Assembly: GCA_041179705.1 (NCBI GenBank)
Contig: JBEGSW010000002.1
Location: forward strand, 1-59,903
Length of the DNA stretch: 59,903 nucleotides
Origin: Bacillota bacterium
GTDB taxonomy: Bacteria; Bacillota; Bacilli; Paenibacillales; JBEGSW01
Direction: 5' to 3'
Position 1 is the stretch's first letter, and each line of letters opens with the position of its first letter. The notes beneath the pieces were generated by a model. That model saw nothing but the letters and a program-made list of their open reading frames with translations, did not search any database and was not told the DNA's origin. Below are positions 9,682-19,629 of this stretch, in pieces. The position numbers and the translations under genes were made by a program.

Positions 9682-10330
9682 TCACCGCTTCCGGATCGAG
9701 AAACAGCGCACCTTGTTTAAAGGCGAAATAAAGGGTGCTCGGCGCCTCACGTTCCTCTTCGCTAATCCACCCAATCGATTGTCCACCTATGACGGTGTCG
9801 CCAACGCGGACGGATGTTTGTTCGAGCATGCCATAGATGCTTTTGGCTTCATCTTTATGGGCGATGACGACGGTCCATCCGATGCCATTCTTTTCCGGAG
9901 GGGCACAAAAAATCACTTCACCATCGCCAATCGCCTGGATTTCCGTCGGTTGTTTGGCCTGTAAGACGATGCCTTTGCCTGTTTGTTTGAATGTCTGTTG
10001 CACAGTAGCTTGCGAAAGTGGCGCAAACCAACCGGAAGCATATTGGTCTTCTTTTGTTTGTTTGACGCCAAATGTTGGCAACCAACTCGATCGGGATGGC
10101 TCGTTCGCCCACACGTGCATGGCACGATTTGAAAGCCATTTGGTTACCGGTGTGTCGCTGAGCCAAGCGCTGGTAACGGTCTCACTATGCAATTGTGAGC
10201 GGATGTATGCTTCGCCTGGTTCAAATTGTATCGCCAGCCAGGCCAAGCCAACAAATAAGCAGCCACCCATGATTTGTGTAGCAACATAGCGGATCGCTGG
10301 TATGGATGTGCGTCTACGTTTGTCACTCAT
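9668..10330 (-). CDS. spoIVFA: SpoIVFA (degenerate LytM/M23 domain regulator of SpoIVFB)
   Basis: One TM segment plus a C-terminal M23-like domain, located directly upstream of spoIVFB. The ATG at 10330 (MSDKRRR...) has an AGGGGGA RBS. The ORF-track start at 10408 is probably an extension. Confidence 0.7.
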   Translation of the reverse strand: MSDKRRRTSIPAIRYVATQIMGGCLFVGLAWLAIQFEPGEAYIRSQLHSETVTSAWLSDTPVTKWLSNRAMHVWANEPSRSSWLPTFGVKQTKEDQYASGWFAPLSQATVQQTFKQTGKGIVLQAKQPTEIQAIGDGEVIFCAPPEKNGIGWTVVIAHKDEAKSIYGMLEQTSVRVGDTVIGGQSIGWISEEEREAPSTLYFAFKQGALFLDPEAVIGFD

Positions 10331-10417
10331 ATCTCGTCCCCCTAATACCGCTATAGATATGAATGTTGCATCATAAACATGCAAAAAAAAGAGCGCCCAC
10401 TTGGGCACTCTATGTCA

Positions 10418-11560
10418 TTACGCATATGGAAGTTCTTCTTCTAAATCAGGGTTCGCATGAATACTTAGTACAAGTCCAACGGCAGCCATATTAATCAGTA
10501 AGGACGAACCTCCGTAACTGATGAATGGGAGTGTGATCCCGGTTAAAGGCATAATGCCCATCATCATTCCGATGTTCTCGAAAATTTGGAAAATAAACAT
10601 GGATACAACACCAATCACAATATAACGTCCTGCTAGATCCTGACATTTCATCGCAATCAAAATCATCCGATAAAGCAATAAAAAATACATGAGTAGCAAA
10701 ACAGATGCCCCGAAAAAGCCAAACTCTTCCCCGACAACAACAAAAATCGAATCCGAATAAGGGAATGGCACAAAGCCGTTCTTGGTCGAATCGCCATTCA
10801 TGTATCCCGAGCCGAATAGCCCACCCGAACCAATAGCAACTTGTGCATTTAACACCTGGTAGATGGCATCTGCAGATGCATTTTCAGGGTTGAGATACGT
10901 ATCAATACGTGCCATCCAATGGGGCGGAACGAAAGTTGCTAACTCTTGATGAAAGACTTGATACAAAATTACACCAAGGACACCTGCAACAATAACAGAG
11001 GCTGTCCCGACAATAACAATGTTGTAGCGTATGTTTCCGATCCACAACATCCCCAGTAGAATCACTAGATAAATGATTGCATTGCCTAAATCAGGCTGAA
11101 TCATCACAAGAACGAATGGAATAAATGCAATAAGACCGATTCGAATCGTATCGTGGCGAAGATCGAGTTCATTCCCATATTTCCGAGCTAAGAAAAAGGC
11201 CAATGTTAAAATTAAGATTAACTTCATAAATTCCGCGGGTTGGAAGTTAAACCCTGGAAGTTGAAACCATCCCTTTGCACCGTTCAACTCAGGTGCAAAT
11301 AAATAGACGGCAATTAACAAGGCATTGCCGATTCCATATAAGTATAATGTGTACTTCAGTAAAATATGGTAATGGGCGAAGGCGACAAGTCCAAGCACGA
11401 TAAAACCAATACCAAAGAACAACAAATGCTTATATTCGTAATTATAATAGTTCTCACCTTGGTTCTGGATGGCGCTTCGTACAAGGAAGAAACTTGCTAC
11501 CATCATGAACAACATAATGGATACAATGACCCAGTCTAGCTTTTTAAGTTTGTGTATCAT
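10418..11560 (-). CDS. rodA: FtsW/RodA/SpoVE (SEDS) family protein
   Basis: 380-aa polytopic membrane protein with QPDLGNAIIY and LPFISYGGSS SEDS motifs. Follows minD after a 7-nt gap. Confidence 0.8.
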   Translation of the reverse strand: MIHKLKKLDWVIVSIMLFMMVASFFLVRSAIQNQGENYYNYEYKHLLFFGIGFIVLGLVAFAHYHILLKYTLYLYGIGNALLIAVYLFAPELNGAKGWFQLPGFNFQPAEFMKLILILTLAFFLARKYGNELDLRHDTIRIGLIAFIPFVLVMIQPDLGNAIIYLVILLGMLWIGNIRYNIVIVGTASVIVAGVLGVILYQVFHQELATFVPPHWMARIDTYLNPENASADAIYQVLNAQVAIGSGGLFGSGYMNGDSTKNGFVPFPYSDSIFVVVGEEFGFFGASVLLLMYFLLLYRMILIAMKCQDLAGRYIVIGVVSMFIFQIFENIGMMMGIMPLTGITLPFISYGGSSLLINMAAVGLVLSIHANPDLEEELPYA

Positions 11561-11567
11561 CGGCGTC

Positions 11568-12365
11568 TCATCCTAACCCAAACATCTTTTTCATCTTGCC
11601 AATTACACCGGACTTCGACTCTTCCAACTTCATTAACGGAACGCTTTCACCTGCGATACGACGAGCAATATTGTGATAAGCCTGTGCCGCACGAGATTGC
11701 TTATTCAACACAGTCGGTTGACCGGAGTTTGCCGCTTTAATCACAAGTTCATCATCAGGCACAACGCCAATCAGATCAATCGAAAGAATTTGGCAAATCT
11801 CATCGATGTCTAGCATTGCACCAGACTGAACGAGATTCGGACGAACTCGGTTTACAATCAATCGCGCATCATGGATACGGGCACTGGCTAATAGTCCGAT
11901 GACGCGATCAGCATCACGTACGGCTGCTAATTCTGGGTTTGTGACCACAATCGCACGATCAGCACCGGCAATCGCATTTTTGAAACCTTGTTCAATTCCA
12001 GCCGGACAATCAATAATGACATAATCGTAGGCTTGCTTGAGCTCGTCCACCAGTTGTTTGACTTGATCTGGGTTGACGGCATCTTTATCTTTGGTTTGCG
12101 TTGCGGGTAACATGTATAAATTATCAAAGCGAATATCTTTCACTAACGCCTGTTCAATCGTGCAGCGTCCTTCAATCACATCAACCAAGTCATAATAGAT
12201 CTGACTTTCAAGCCCCATTAAAACATCTAAATTACGTAATCCTAGATCGGTATCAACCATACATACCTTAGCACCATTCAGCGCTAAAGCTGACCCAACA
12301 TTAGCGGAAGTCGTTGTCTTTCCAACGCCACCTTTACCTGATGTAATGACAATTGCCTCACCCAT
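11568..12365 (-). CDS. minD: septum site-determining ATPase MinD
   Basis: Deviant Walker A motif GKGGVGKTT and a C-terminal amphipathic helix (GKMKKMFGLG). 265 aa. Confidence 0.9.
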   Translation of the reverse strand: MGEAIVITSGKGGVGKTTTSANVGSALALNGAKVCMVDTDLGLRNLDVLMGLESQIYYDLVDVIEGRCTIEQALVKDIRFDNLYMLPATQTKDKDAVNPDQVKQLVDELKQAYDYVIIDCPAGIEQGFKNAIAGADRAIVVTNPELAAVRDADRVIGLLASARIHDARLIVNRVRPNLVQSGAMLDIDEICQILSIDLIGVVPDDELVIKAANSGQPTVLNKQSRAAQAYHNIARRIAGESVPLMKLEESKSGVIGKMKKMFGLG

Positions 12366-12387
12366 CTCAAAGCCACCCCTTTCAGTC

Positions 12388-12903
12388 CTATTCTTCTACT
12401 TTTTCGTAGGTTTGCATTTCTAGTAATAACCGTTCTGCCGGGCGATAAATGAGTGCTGCAAATGCTGTATTAACGATAATCGAGGGCAGAATATTGCGAA
12501 TAAGTGCGTAAAAATATGAGATATCAATGCGGTCGTAGAATGTATATACGAGATACAACGTAGATTCAAATAAAAACAAGCCACTTGCAACCGCCACGAT
12601 CGTTGGCGTGAAATGCAGGGCATATCGTCTTGCAGACAACCCAGTCAAATAACCAGCAAGCCCGAACAGTGACGTATACAAACCAAACATATAGACAAAT
12701 TGCGTCATGTCTAGGATGAAGCCGAACACGAGCCCTAATACTAATGCAAAATAACGATTTAAAAATAGACCAATCATGAAAATACCCACTAACACGAATC
12801 GAAGGGAAATGAAATCCAACCAACCATGTGGGAGCATCCAAGGAACTACAGCTGTCTCAACTAAGAAAAAGACAAATAAACAGGCGGCTAATAGACTTCT
12901 CAT
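12388..12903 (-). CDS. mreD: rod shape-determining protein MreD
   Basis: 171-aa hydrophobic protein directly after mreC. Confidence 0.75.
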   Translation of the reverse strand: MRSLLAACLFVFFLVETAVVPWMLPHGWLDFISLRFVLVGIFMIGLFLNRYFALVLGLVFGFILDMTQFVYMFGLYTSLFGLAGYLTGLSARRYALHFTPTIVAVASGLFLFESTLYLVYTFYDRIDISYFYALIRNILPSIIVNTAFAALIYRPAERLLLEMQTYEKVEE

Positions 12904-12907
12904 TGGG

Positions 12908-13765
12908 TTAGCCTCCTGTTATATCGATCACGAGCACTTCACGCAGACGATCAAAATCAGCACTTGGCTTAATTTCAGCGACATGGGTCAACCCTTCTTT
13001 ACTCACTTTGCGTGAGACAACCTTGCCAATGACAAGCCCTTGTGGGTAAAGCGTACTGTAAGCCGATGTGATAATTGTATCGCCAACTGCCATTTGATCA
13101 TCTTGACGTATTTTCGTTGCAAGCAATACGCGCTTCGCTTGATCATAAGTAAGAACCGTTCCAAAGGAATTATCTTTCCCATTCGCAGTTACGATAATCC
13201 CTTTGGATGATGCATCATTTTCATTTAGTCCGGTAATCAACTCAACAGTTGAATAATAAGGAGATACGCGAATAATTCGGCCAAGCAAGCCTTTATTCGT
13301 CGTTACCGCCATATTTACTTTCATCCCATCGCGGCTACCGAGATCAATTTTTAATGTCTTTCGATACGTATCCGTTGCATACCCAATCACACTTGCAACG
13401 TGATAACGATATCCAACTTTCTTTTTTTGCTTCTCTGTGTAATCAAGTAATGTCTTTAGGCGAATGTTCTCTTTCTCGAGTGCATTCAACTTGGCGATAT
13501 CCATGACATACGTGGAGAGTGTTTTCTTTAGTGTCTCATTCTCCTGATAAATGTCGCGCATATCCGCTAATCTGGCAACAAAATGCCCGGTCGCCCCGAT
13601 TGGTTTGTATATCAAACTTTGCGCCCATGCAATCGTATCGGATATGAATTTTTCAGGACCCTTTATTTCCTCACGCTTTTCACTGGTTAACCCAATTAGC
13701 GCAATGAAAAAAATAAGGGCAATGGTTAACATTAAAATCTTCTTGTTACTAAACAGTCTCAGCAC
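12908..13765 (-). CDS. mreC: rod shape-determining protein MreC
   Basis: N-terminal TM segment, a coiled coil (NALEKENIRLKTLL) and a beta-rich C-terminal domain. Lies between mreB and mreD. Confidence 0.85.
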   Translation of the reverse strand: MLRLFSNKKILMLTIALIFFIALIGLTSEKREEIKGPEKFISDTIAWAQSLIYKPIGATGHFVARLADMRDIYQENETLKKTLSTYVMDIAKLNALEKENIRLKTLLDYTEKQKKKVGYRYHVASVIGYATDTYRKTLKIDLGSRDGMKVNMAVTTNKGLLGRIIRVSPYYSTVELITGLNENDASSKGIIVTANGKDNSFGTVLTYDQAKRVLLATKIRQDDQMAVGDTIITSAYSTLYPQGLVIGKVVSRKVSKEGLTHVAEIKPSADFDRLREVLVIDITGG

Positions 13766-13791
13766 ACGTACACCTTCAATTTCAGCTTGGA

Positions 13792-14838
<1,047 letters not shown>

Positions 14839-14876
14839 TTATCTCCTCTCAAATCTCCATATCCATGTATTATATC

Positions 14877-15566
14877 TTACATCAAACCGCGCTGCTTCAA
14901 ACTAACAAATTTTCGATCACCAATCACAATATGATCAATGACCGGTATGCCGATGAGTTCGCCCACTTCTCTTAATCTTTTCGTTATATTTAAATCTTCC
15001 GGGCTTGGTGTCGGGTCTCCTGAGGGATGATTGTGTGCACAAATAATGGAGGCACTCCCATGTCGAATCGCCGCACGAAACACTTCTCTTGGATGGACGA
15101 TTGATGCATTTAAACTGCCAATCGATAACGTCTCCTGACATACAATTTGGTTCTTCGTATCAAGAAACAAACAGACGAACTGTTCTTTCTTTAAGTAGCG
15201 CAGATCCTCCATTAAAAAGGCGGCCGCGTCCTCAGGGGACCTGACCGCAAACAGTTCATCTCGCGATGTCTTCGCGAGTCGTCTTCCAAGTTCAATCCCT
15301 GCTTTAATTTGTAATGCTTTCGCTGTCCCCAAACCACGAACAGTGGTTAATTCCCCAGTCGTCATCTCAACTAATCCATGAATCCCATTTGTCTTCATTA
15401 ACAGTTGTTGCGCCAATTGCACAGCGGATACGTTCTTCGTCCCAGTACGTAATAAAATCGCCAATAATTCTGCATTACTTAGAGCTTCCGCTCCGTTGAT
15501 TTGCATGCGCTCACGTGGTCGTTCTTCGACAGGAACTTCGCGCATGACTGATCGTTGCTCAGTCAT
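14877..15566 (-). CDS. radC: RadC-like JAB/MPN domain protein
   Basis: HhH N-terminal region and the HNHPSGDPTPSPEDL JAMM motif. Confidence 0.9.
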   Translation of the reverse strand: MTEQRSVMREVPVEERPRERMQINGAEALSNAELLAILLRTGTKNVSAVQLAQQLLMKTNGIHGLVEMTTGELTTVRGLGTAKALQIKAGIELGRRLAKTSRDELFAVRSPEDAAAFLMEDLRYLKKEQFVCLFLDTKNQIVCQETLSIGSLNASIVHPREVFRAAIRHGSASIICAHNHPSGDPTPSPEDLNITKRLREVGELIGIPVIDHIVIGDRKFVSLKQRGLM

Positions 15567-15591
15567 CGCTATTCTTCCTCCACATTCTAAA

Positions 15592-16170
15592 TTAAATTAT
15601 ATCTACACCGAGTTCCTTCAGCATGTCTGCCAAAGCAGCTACGGGTAAACCCACGACGTTGAAATAACAACCTTCAATTTCCTCAATAAACATCGCACCT
15701 ATACCTTGAATCGCGTAAGCACCAGCTTTATCCATCGGCTCGCCTGTATCTACATATTGCTCAACTTGAATCGGAGTAAGAGGTTTCATTCGCACTTTCG
15801 TCCGACGATGACCAACCAGTTGCTTCCCACTCTCTATTTCAATACAAGCAATGCCAGAAAATACCTCATGTTCACGACCTTGTAACGCAGTCACCATCGC
15901 AATCGCATGTGCACGATCTCTTGGTTTACCCAACACTTGCTTGTCCAATACAACAATCGTGTCGGATCCAACAATAATGTCGCCAACCGTACACGTTTCT
16001 TTTATTGCCGATGCTTTACGAAGTGCAAGTTGCTCTACGATATGAGGTGGTGACCACTCTTCCGGAGTCGACTCATCGACATCACTTGGACGAATGTTAA
16101 CCGGTAACCCAAATGTCTGAATCAGTTCTTGGCGTCGCGGTGAAGCAGAGGCCAATATAAGTTGTGTCAT
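15592..16170 (-). CDS. maf: Maf nucleoside-triphosphate pyrophosphatase
   Basis: LILASASPRRQELI N-terminus and the KAGAYAIQG motif. 192 aa. Confidence 0.9.
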   Translation of the reverse strand: MTQLILASASPRRQELIQTFGLPVNIRPSDVDESTPEEWSPPHIVEQLALRKASAIKETCTVGDIIVGSDTIVVLDKQVLGKPRDRAHAIAMVTALQGREHEVFSGIACIEIESGKQLVGHRRTKVRMKPLTPIQVEQYVDTGEPMDKAGAYAIQGIGAMFIEEIEGCYFNVVGLPVAALADMLKELGVDII

Positions 16171-16189
16171 GTATAAATTGACTCCTTAC

Positions 16190-16804
16190 TCAATCGTTAC
16201 TCGCGTCAATATAACCCACTAAATCGATCATACGTATTTTCTTGCCAGCATCCCATATGCCTACGAGGTCTTTCGCTTTCTGATAAATAATATCAAAACA
16301 GACTGCACCATCAAACTGCGCAGCTAATTCAGCTGTGGCGGGTTCCCATCTTTGGTTTATCCGGAAAAACACGCCTAAATTTTCAACGTTGAATACAATC
16401 GCGACAACTTCTTGTGCTGCTTCTTCTACTAACACTTCAACCGAAAGACTCGTGCCAACTTGACCATCAATTTCCATGATTTTCTCCATTAGATTAGACG
16501 TAAGCGGAATGCCCGCAGCAAACCATTCAGAATCACTTTCATGAAAAGTTCTGATCAGGTATGTTCCATCAAATGCACGAAAGGAAACCGTTCCTCGCTC
16601 ATCATTTATTTCGATTTGGTTGATATCAACTGGATACTGATAACCGCCAACAATGATATGTGTCTCACTGATTCCACGTGCATTATCTTCATAATATTGA
16701 AGATAAACTGGAGGGCAAAAAGGTTTCTTGTATGTGTCTTCCCCGGATAGCTTTTCAATGACCCCATTCGAACCAAATATGATTTTTTCCGATTCTCTCG
16801 TCAT
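16190..16804 (-). CDS. hypothetical cytoplasmic protein (no family recognised)
   Basis: 204-aa acidic ORF with a perfect AAGGAGG RBS. Tightly packed, with 19-nt and 11-nt gaps to its neighbours. Confidence 0.7.
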   Translation of the reverse strand: MTRESEKIIFGSNGVIEKLSGEDTYKKPFCPPVYLQYYEDNARGISETHIIVGGYQYPVDINQIEINDERGTVSFRAFDGTYLIRTFHESDSEWFAAGIPLTSNLMEKIMEIDGQVGTSLSVEVLVEEAAQEVVAIVFNVENLGVFFRINQRWEPATAELAAQFDGAVCFDIIYQKAKDLVGIWDAGKKIRMIDLVGYIDASND

Positions 16805-16815
16805 TGATTGCCTCC

Positions 16816-17058
16816 TTATATCTTCTTATACACCCATACACCTAATGCCAAGCCAACGATGTTCATCAAGTTCAACTTAAAATGGATGTCAAAGTCGTAT
16901 CGAATCACACCTAAATCGGCGCTTGGTGCCCAACCGAATTCAACTGCTTTGGTCAGAAATTGAATGGCTGTTACATCTGCCAAAGCATTCGTTGCAATCG
17001 TTCCAACGATGATTCCGACTGCTGCAAATGCAATTAATATCTTATTGTTCTTTTTCAT
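16816..17058 (-). CDS. small two-TM membrane protein (DUF4321-like)
   Basis: 80 aa counted from the ATG at 17058, which has GGAGTG 7 nt upstream. Two hydrophobic segments. The family assignment is from memory only. Confidence 0.55.
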   Translation of the reverse strand: MKKNNKILIAFAAVGIIVGTIATNALADVTAIQFLTKAVEFGWAPSADLGVIRYDFDIHFKLNLMNIVGLALGVWVYKKI

Positions 17059-17119
17059 TGGATTGCACTCCATTTCTGAATCGCATTGTATTCATTATAG
17101 GTCAATCCCTGGCCAGTTT

Positions 17120-18034
17120 CTAGTACAATTCACGCAAACGTTGCTCGGCCAAAATGATCCGGATCAAGGCCGTCTGCGCTTGCCATAATGGTGCTGATTG
17201 ACCGTTTTGGACATAGGATTCTAGGGAGGAAATGAGGCGTAACTGTTCATTGCTCATCGTATTAATCCCCAGGCGAACGGGTTCGGTCATATTCGCTTGA
17301 ATGGTACGTGCTGTCGTTACCCATGCGGCGTGTTTTTTCTTCAGCGTAGTTACTAAATTCGACGTGATGCTTTTACTTGAAGGGGTTGTCAGCTGTTGTC
17401 CAAGCGGCGTCATGACGGTTTGTTCAAAGGCTTGGCTAGCTGTAAAGAATGCTGCACCTTTGGGCGTTTGACGAGCAAGTAATGTGAATGGCGTGACGTA
17501 ACTCGTCACTTGTTTGGCTTGAAGCAGGCGACTTAACAATATGGCTTTGTCACGATCTGTTGCGATTCCGGCAATTACCTTTTGTTTATTTGGATTCGTC
17601 GCATCAATTGCTGCTGTGAAACCGAGCGTTCGCAGTTGTTGTAACGTCTGATTAGCGCCCTGGCTCGTCGAAAACACGCCAACTTGGACAAGCGCATACG
17701 CGATTTCCGAAACTGTAGTTTGCGGTGCAGCCGTCTGGATAGGCTTGATAACCGACTTCTCAGCAGAGGGAATAAACATGCTGATTATGGTTAGGCCCAA
17801 TAGCAATCCAATGACAACCGCAGCGGAGACGGAACTAATGACTTTATACCACTTCCGGTTGGTTTTCGTAGTCTGCGTCACAGAGGGGCCAGGCCCCATC
17901 TCCATTATTTCCATTGGGCCTGGCCCCTTTTCGATCGTAGTAACGGAACTTGTCCGAATGAGCTGCTCCAGTTGATCCAATTGGGTCATTTCTTCAACTT
18001 CGTTTAATTTAAACTTTAATGTCGCTTTGCTCAT
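17120..18034 (-). CDS. membrane-anchored protein with SPOR-like domain
   Basis: The ATG at 18034 has an AAGGAGTG RBS. One TM segment (VISSVSAAVVIGLLLGLTIISMF), then a segment (VQVGVFSTSQGANQTLQQLRTLGFTAAIDATNPNKQKVIAG) resembling a SPOR peptidoglycan-binding repeat. The C-terminal ~130 aa are unassigned. Confidence 0.6.
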   Translation of the reverse strand: MSKATLKFKLNEVEEMTQLDQLEQLIRTSSVTTIEKGPGPMEIMEMGPGPSVTQTTKTNRKWYKVISSVSAAVVIGLLLGLTIISMFIPSAEKSVIKPIQTAAPQTTVSEIAYALVQVGVFSTSQGANQTLQQLRTLGFTAAIDATNPNKQKVIAGIATDRDKAILLSRLLQAKQVTSYVTPFTLLARQTPKGAAFFTASQAFEQTVMTPLGQQLTTPSSKSITSNLVTTLKKKHAAWVTTARTIQANMTEPVRLGINTMSNEQLRLISSLESYVQNGQSAPLWQAQTALIRIILAEQRLRELY

Positions 18035-18093
18035 CACGCGTGCACTCCTTATTTCCATCTTCGTACACTCTATGCGTGACTCTAATAGAAATA

Positions 18094-18195
18094 TTCACCC
18101 CCCATAGAAAATCGCCTGAAACCAGTCGATTTTGTGGGTTGTCCTGCACACTCAGGCGAAAATCGCCTGAAACCAGTCGATTTTCGGGGGGTGAA
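18094..18195. repeat. 102-bp intergenic element with 10-bp terminal inverted repeats and two 27-nt direct repeats (51-bp period)
   Basis: TTCACCCCCC (18094-18103) and GGGGGGTGAA (18186-18195) form a perfect inverted repeat. GAAAATCGCCTGAAACCAGTCGATTTT occurs at 18107-18133 and again at 18158-18184. Confidence 0.85.
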
Positions 18196-18198
18196 GAC

Positions 18199-18227
18199 AA
18201 AAAAACTGCCCCTCCGAAGAGGGGCAG
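18199..18227 (-). terminator. rho-independent terminator after murC
   Basis: 9-bp GC-rich stem CTGCCCCTC/GAGGGGCAG with a 4-nt loop (CGAA as written on the plus strand), followed by a 7-T run on the minus strand. Confidence 0.85.
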
Positions 18228-18239
18228 TTTGTAATCTAA

Positions 18240-19622
18240 TTAGACGCGTGTTTTGAGGTAGTCGCTCAGCGCGTAGGCAACTTTGTAAATATCACCCGCA
18301 CCCATCGTAATAACTAAATCACCTGTGCGTACATGTTCCTTCAGATAAGCCAAGACTTCGTCCTTCGTTGGAATATGCATCGCATTTGGATTGCTGTTCG
18401 ATCGAATACGCTCAACCAAGCTCGCCGTGCTTACACCCTCGATAGCTTTCTCGCCTGCAGGTGAGTAAATGTCGCACAAGATGGCTTCGTCCGCACCCCC
18501 AAAAGCTAAAGAAAATGCATCAAACAAGAAGAACGTACGCGTGTAGCGTTGCGGTTGGAACACGGCCACAATGCGTCGGCCTGTTGCTTTCGCAGCAGCA
18601 ATCGTCGCTTCAATTTCTGTTGGGTGATGCGCATAATCGTCAACGACTAATACACCATCCACGTCTCCAATAACCTGAAAACGGCGTTTCGCCCCACTAA
18701 ACTGCACAATCGCAGCTGCCACAGCATCGAAGGAACAACCCGCTTCTAAAGCAACGATCAACGTTGCAAGTCCATTCGCCACGTTATGTAAACCGGGAAC
18801 ATTCAAATGAAGCGTGCCTAGTTTTGCATCCTGTTGGATAACATCGAAAGAAACACAACGGTCACCAAGCACGATATTTTCAGCGCGATAATCAGCGTCC
18901 AACGCATCAATCCCATATGTGATGACATCCGACTTAACTGCCGGTAACATGCTGCGCAAATGTTCGTCATCGAGACAAACGACCGCTTTACCAGACGGTT
19001 GAATTTGACCAAGAAACGTCACGTAAGCTTCTTTCAAACGCTCAAAACTTCCATCGTAGTTTTCCAAATGATCCGGCTCAATGTTCGTCACAACACCCAT
19101 CGCTGGGAAGTAGTTTAAGAATGACCCATCACTCTCGTCCGCTTCGGCTACAACGAAGTCTCCTTTACCGGCTTTCGCATTCGTACCAAGATTCATAATC
19201 TCACCGCCAATAATGAACGACGGCTCTGTCCCGCAAAGTTCAAGGACTAAGGCAATCATCGAAGAAGTTGTCGTCTTGCCGTGTGCGCCAGCAACAGCAA
19301 TCCCCTTCTTCTCATTCAATAAAATCGCTAACATTTCTGCGCGATGAATCACTTCAATCCCTTGCCGACGCGCTTCGACGATTTCTACATTATCCTGCGA
19401 ACAAGCTGTGGAATAAACCACAAGGTCAGCACCATTCACTTGCTCAGCAACATGTCCAATGTAGACTTCAGCACCCTTCGCTACCAATTTATTTGATAGC
19501 TCTGAAGCAGCCACATCGGAACCCGTAATTTTGTGACCCATCTCGACCAGCACACGCGCGATTGCGCTCATTCCGTAGCCACCGATGCCGATAAAATGGA
19601 TATGTTGTTTGGCTGTGCTCAT
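18240..19622 (-). CDS. murC: UDP-N-acetylmuramate--L-alanine ligase
   Basis: HFIGIGGYGMSAIA and GAHGKTTTSSM Mur-ligase motifs. The ATG at 19622 has an AAAGGATGG RBS inside the folC 3' end. The ORF-track start at 19679 is an extension. Confidence 0.9.
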   Translation of the reverse strand: MSTAKQHIHFIGIGGYGMSAIARVLVEMGHKITGSDVAASELSNKLVAKGAEVYIGHVAEQVNGADLVVYSTACSQDNVEIVEARRQGIEVIHRAEMLAILLNEKKGIAVAGAHGKTTTSSMIALVLELCGTEPSFIIGGEIMNLGTNAKAGKGDFVVAEADESDGSFLNYFPAMGVVTNIEPDHLENYDGSFERLKEAYVTFLGQIQPSGKAVVCLDDEHLRSMLPAVKSDVITYGIDALDADYRAENIVLGDRCVSFDVIQQDAKLGTLHLNVPGLHNVANGLATLIVALEAGCSFDAVAAAIVQFSGAKRRFQVIGDVDGVLVVDDYAHHPTEIEATIAAAKATGRRIVAVFQPQRYTRTFFLFDAFSLAFGGADEAILCDIYSPAGEKAIEGVSTASLVERIRSNSNPNAMHIPTKDEVLAYLKEHVRTGDLVITMGAGDIYKVAYALSDYLKTRV

Positions 19623-19629
19623 CTTGGGT

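Noticed and set aside
18009-18234. ORFs 18009-18200 (-) and 18019-18234 (+), which span the murC-downstream region.
   Set aside because: Both are translations of the 102-bp repeat element, giving duplicated peptides such as NRLVSGDF. They have no RBS and run through a terminator. They are not coding.
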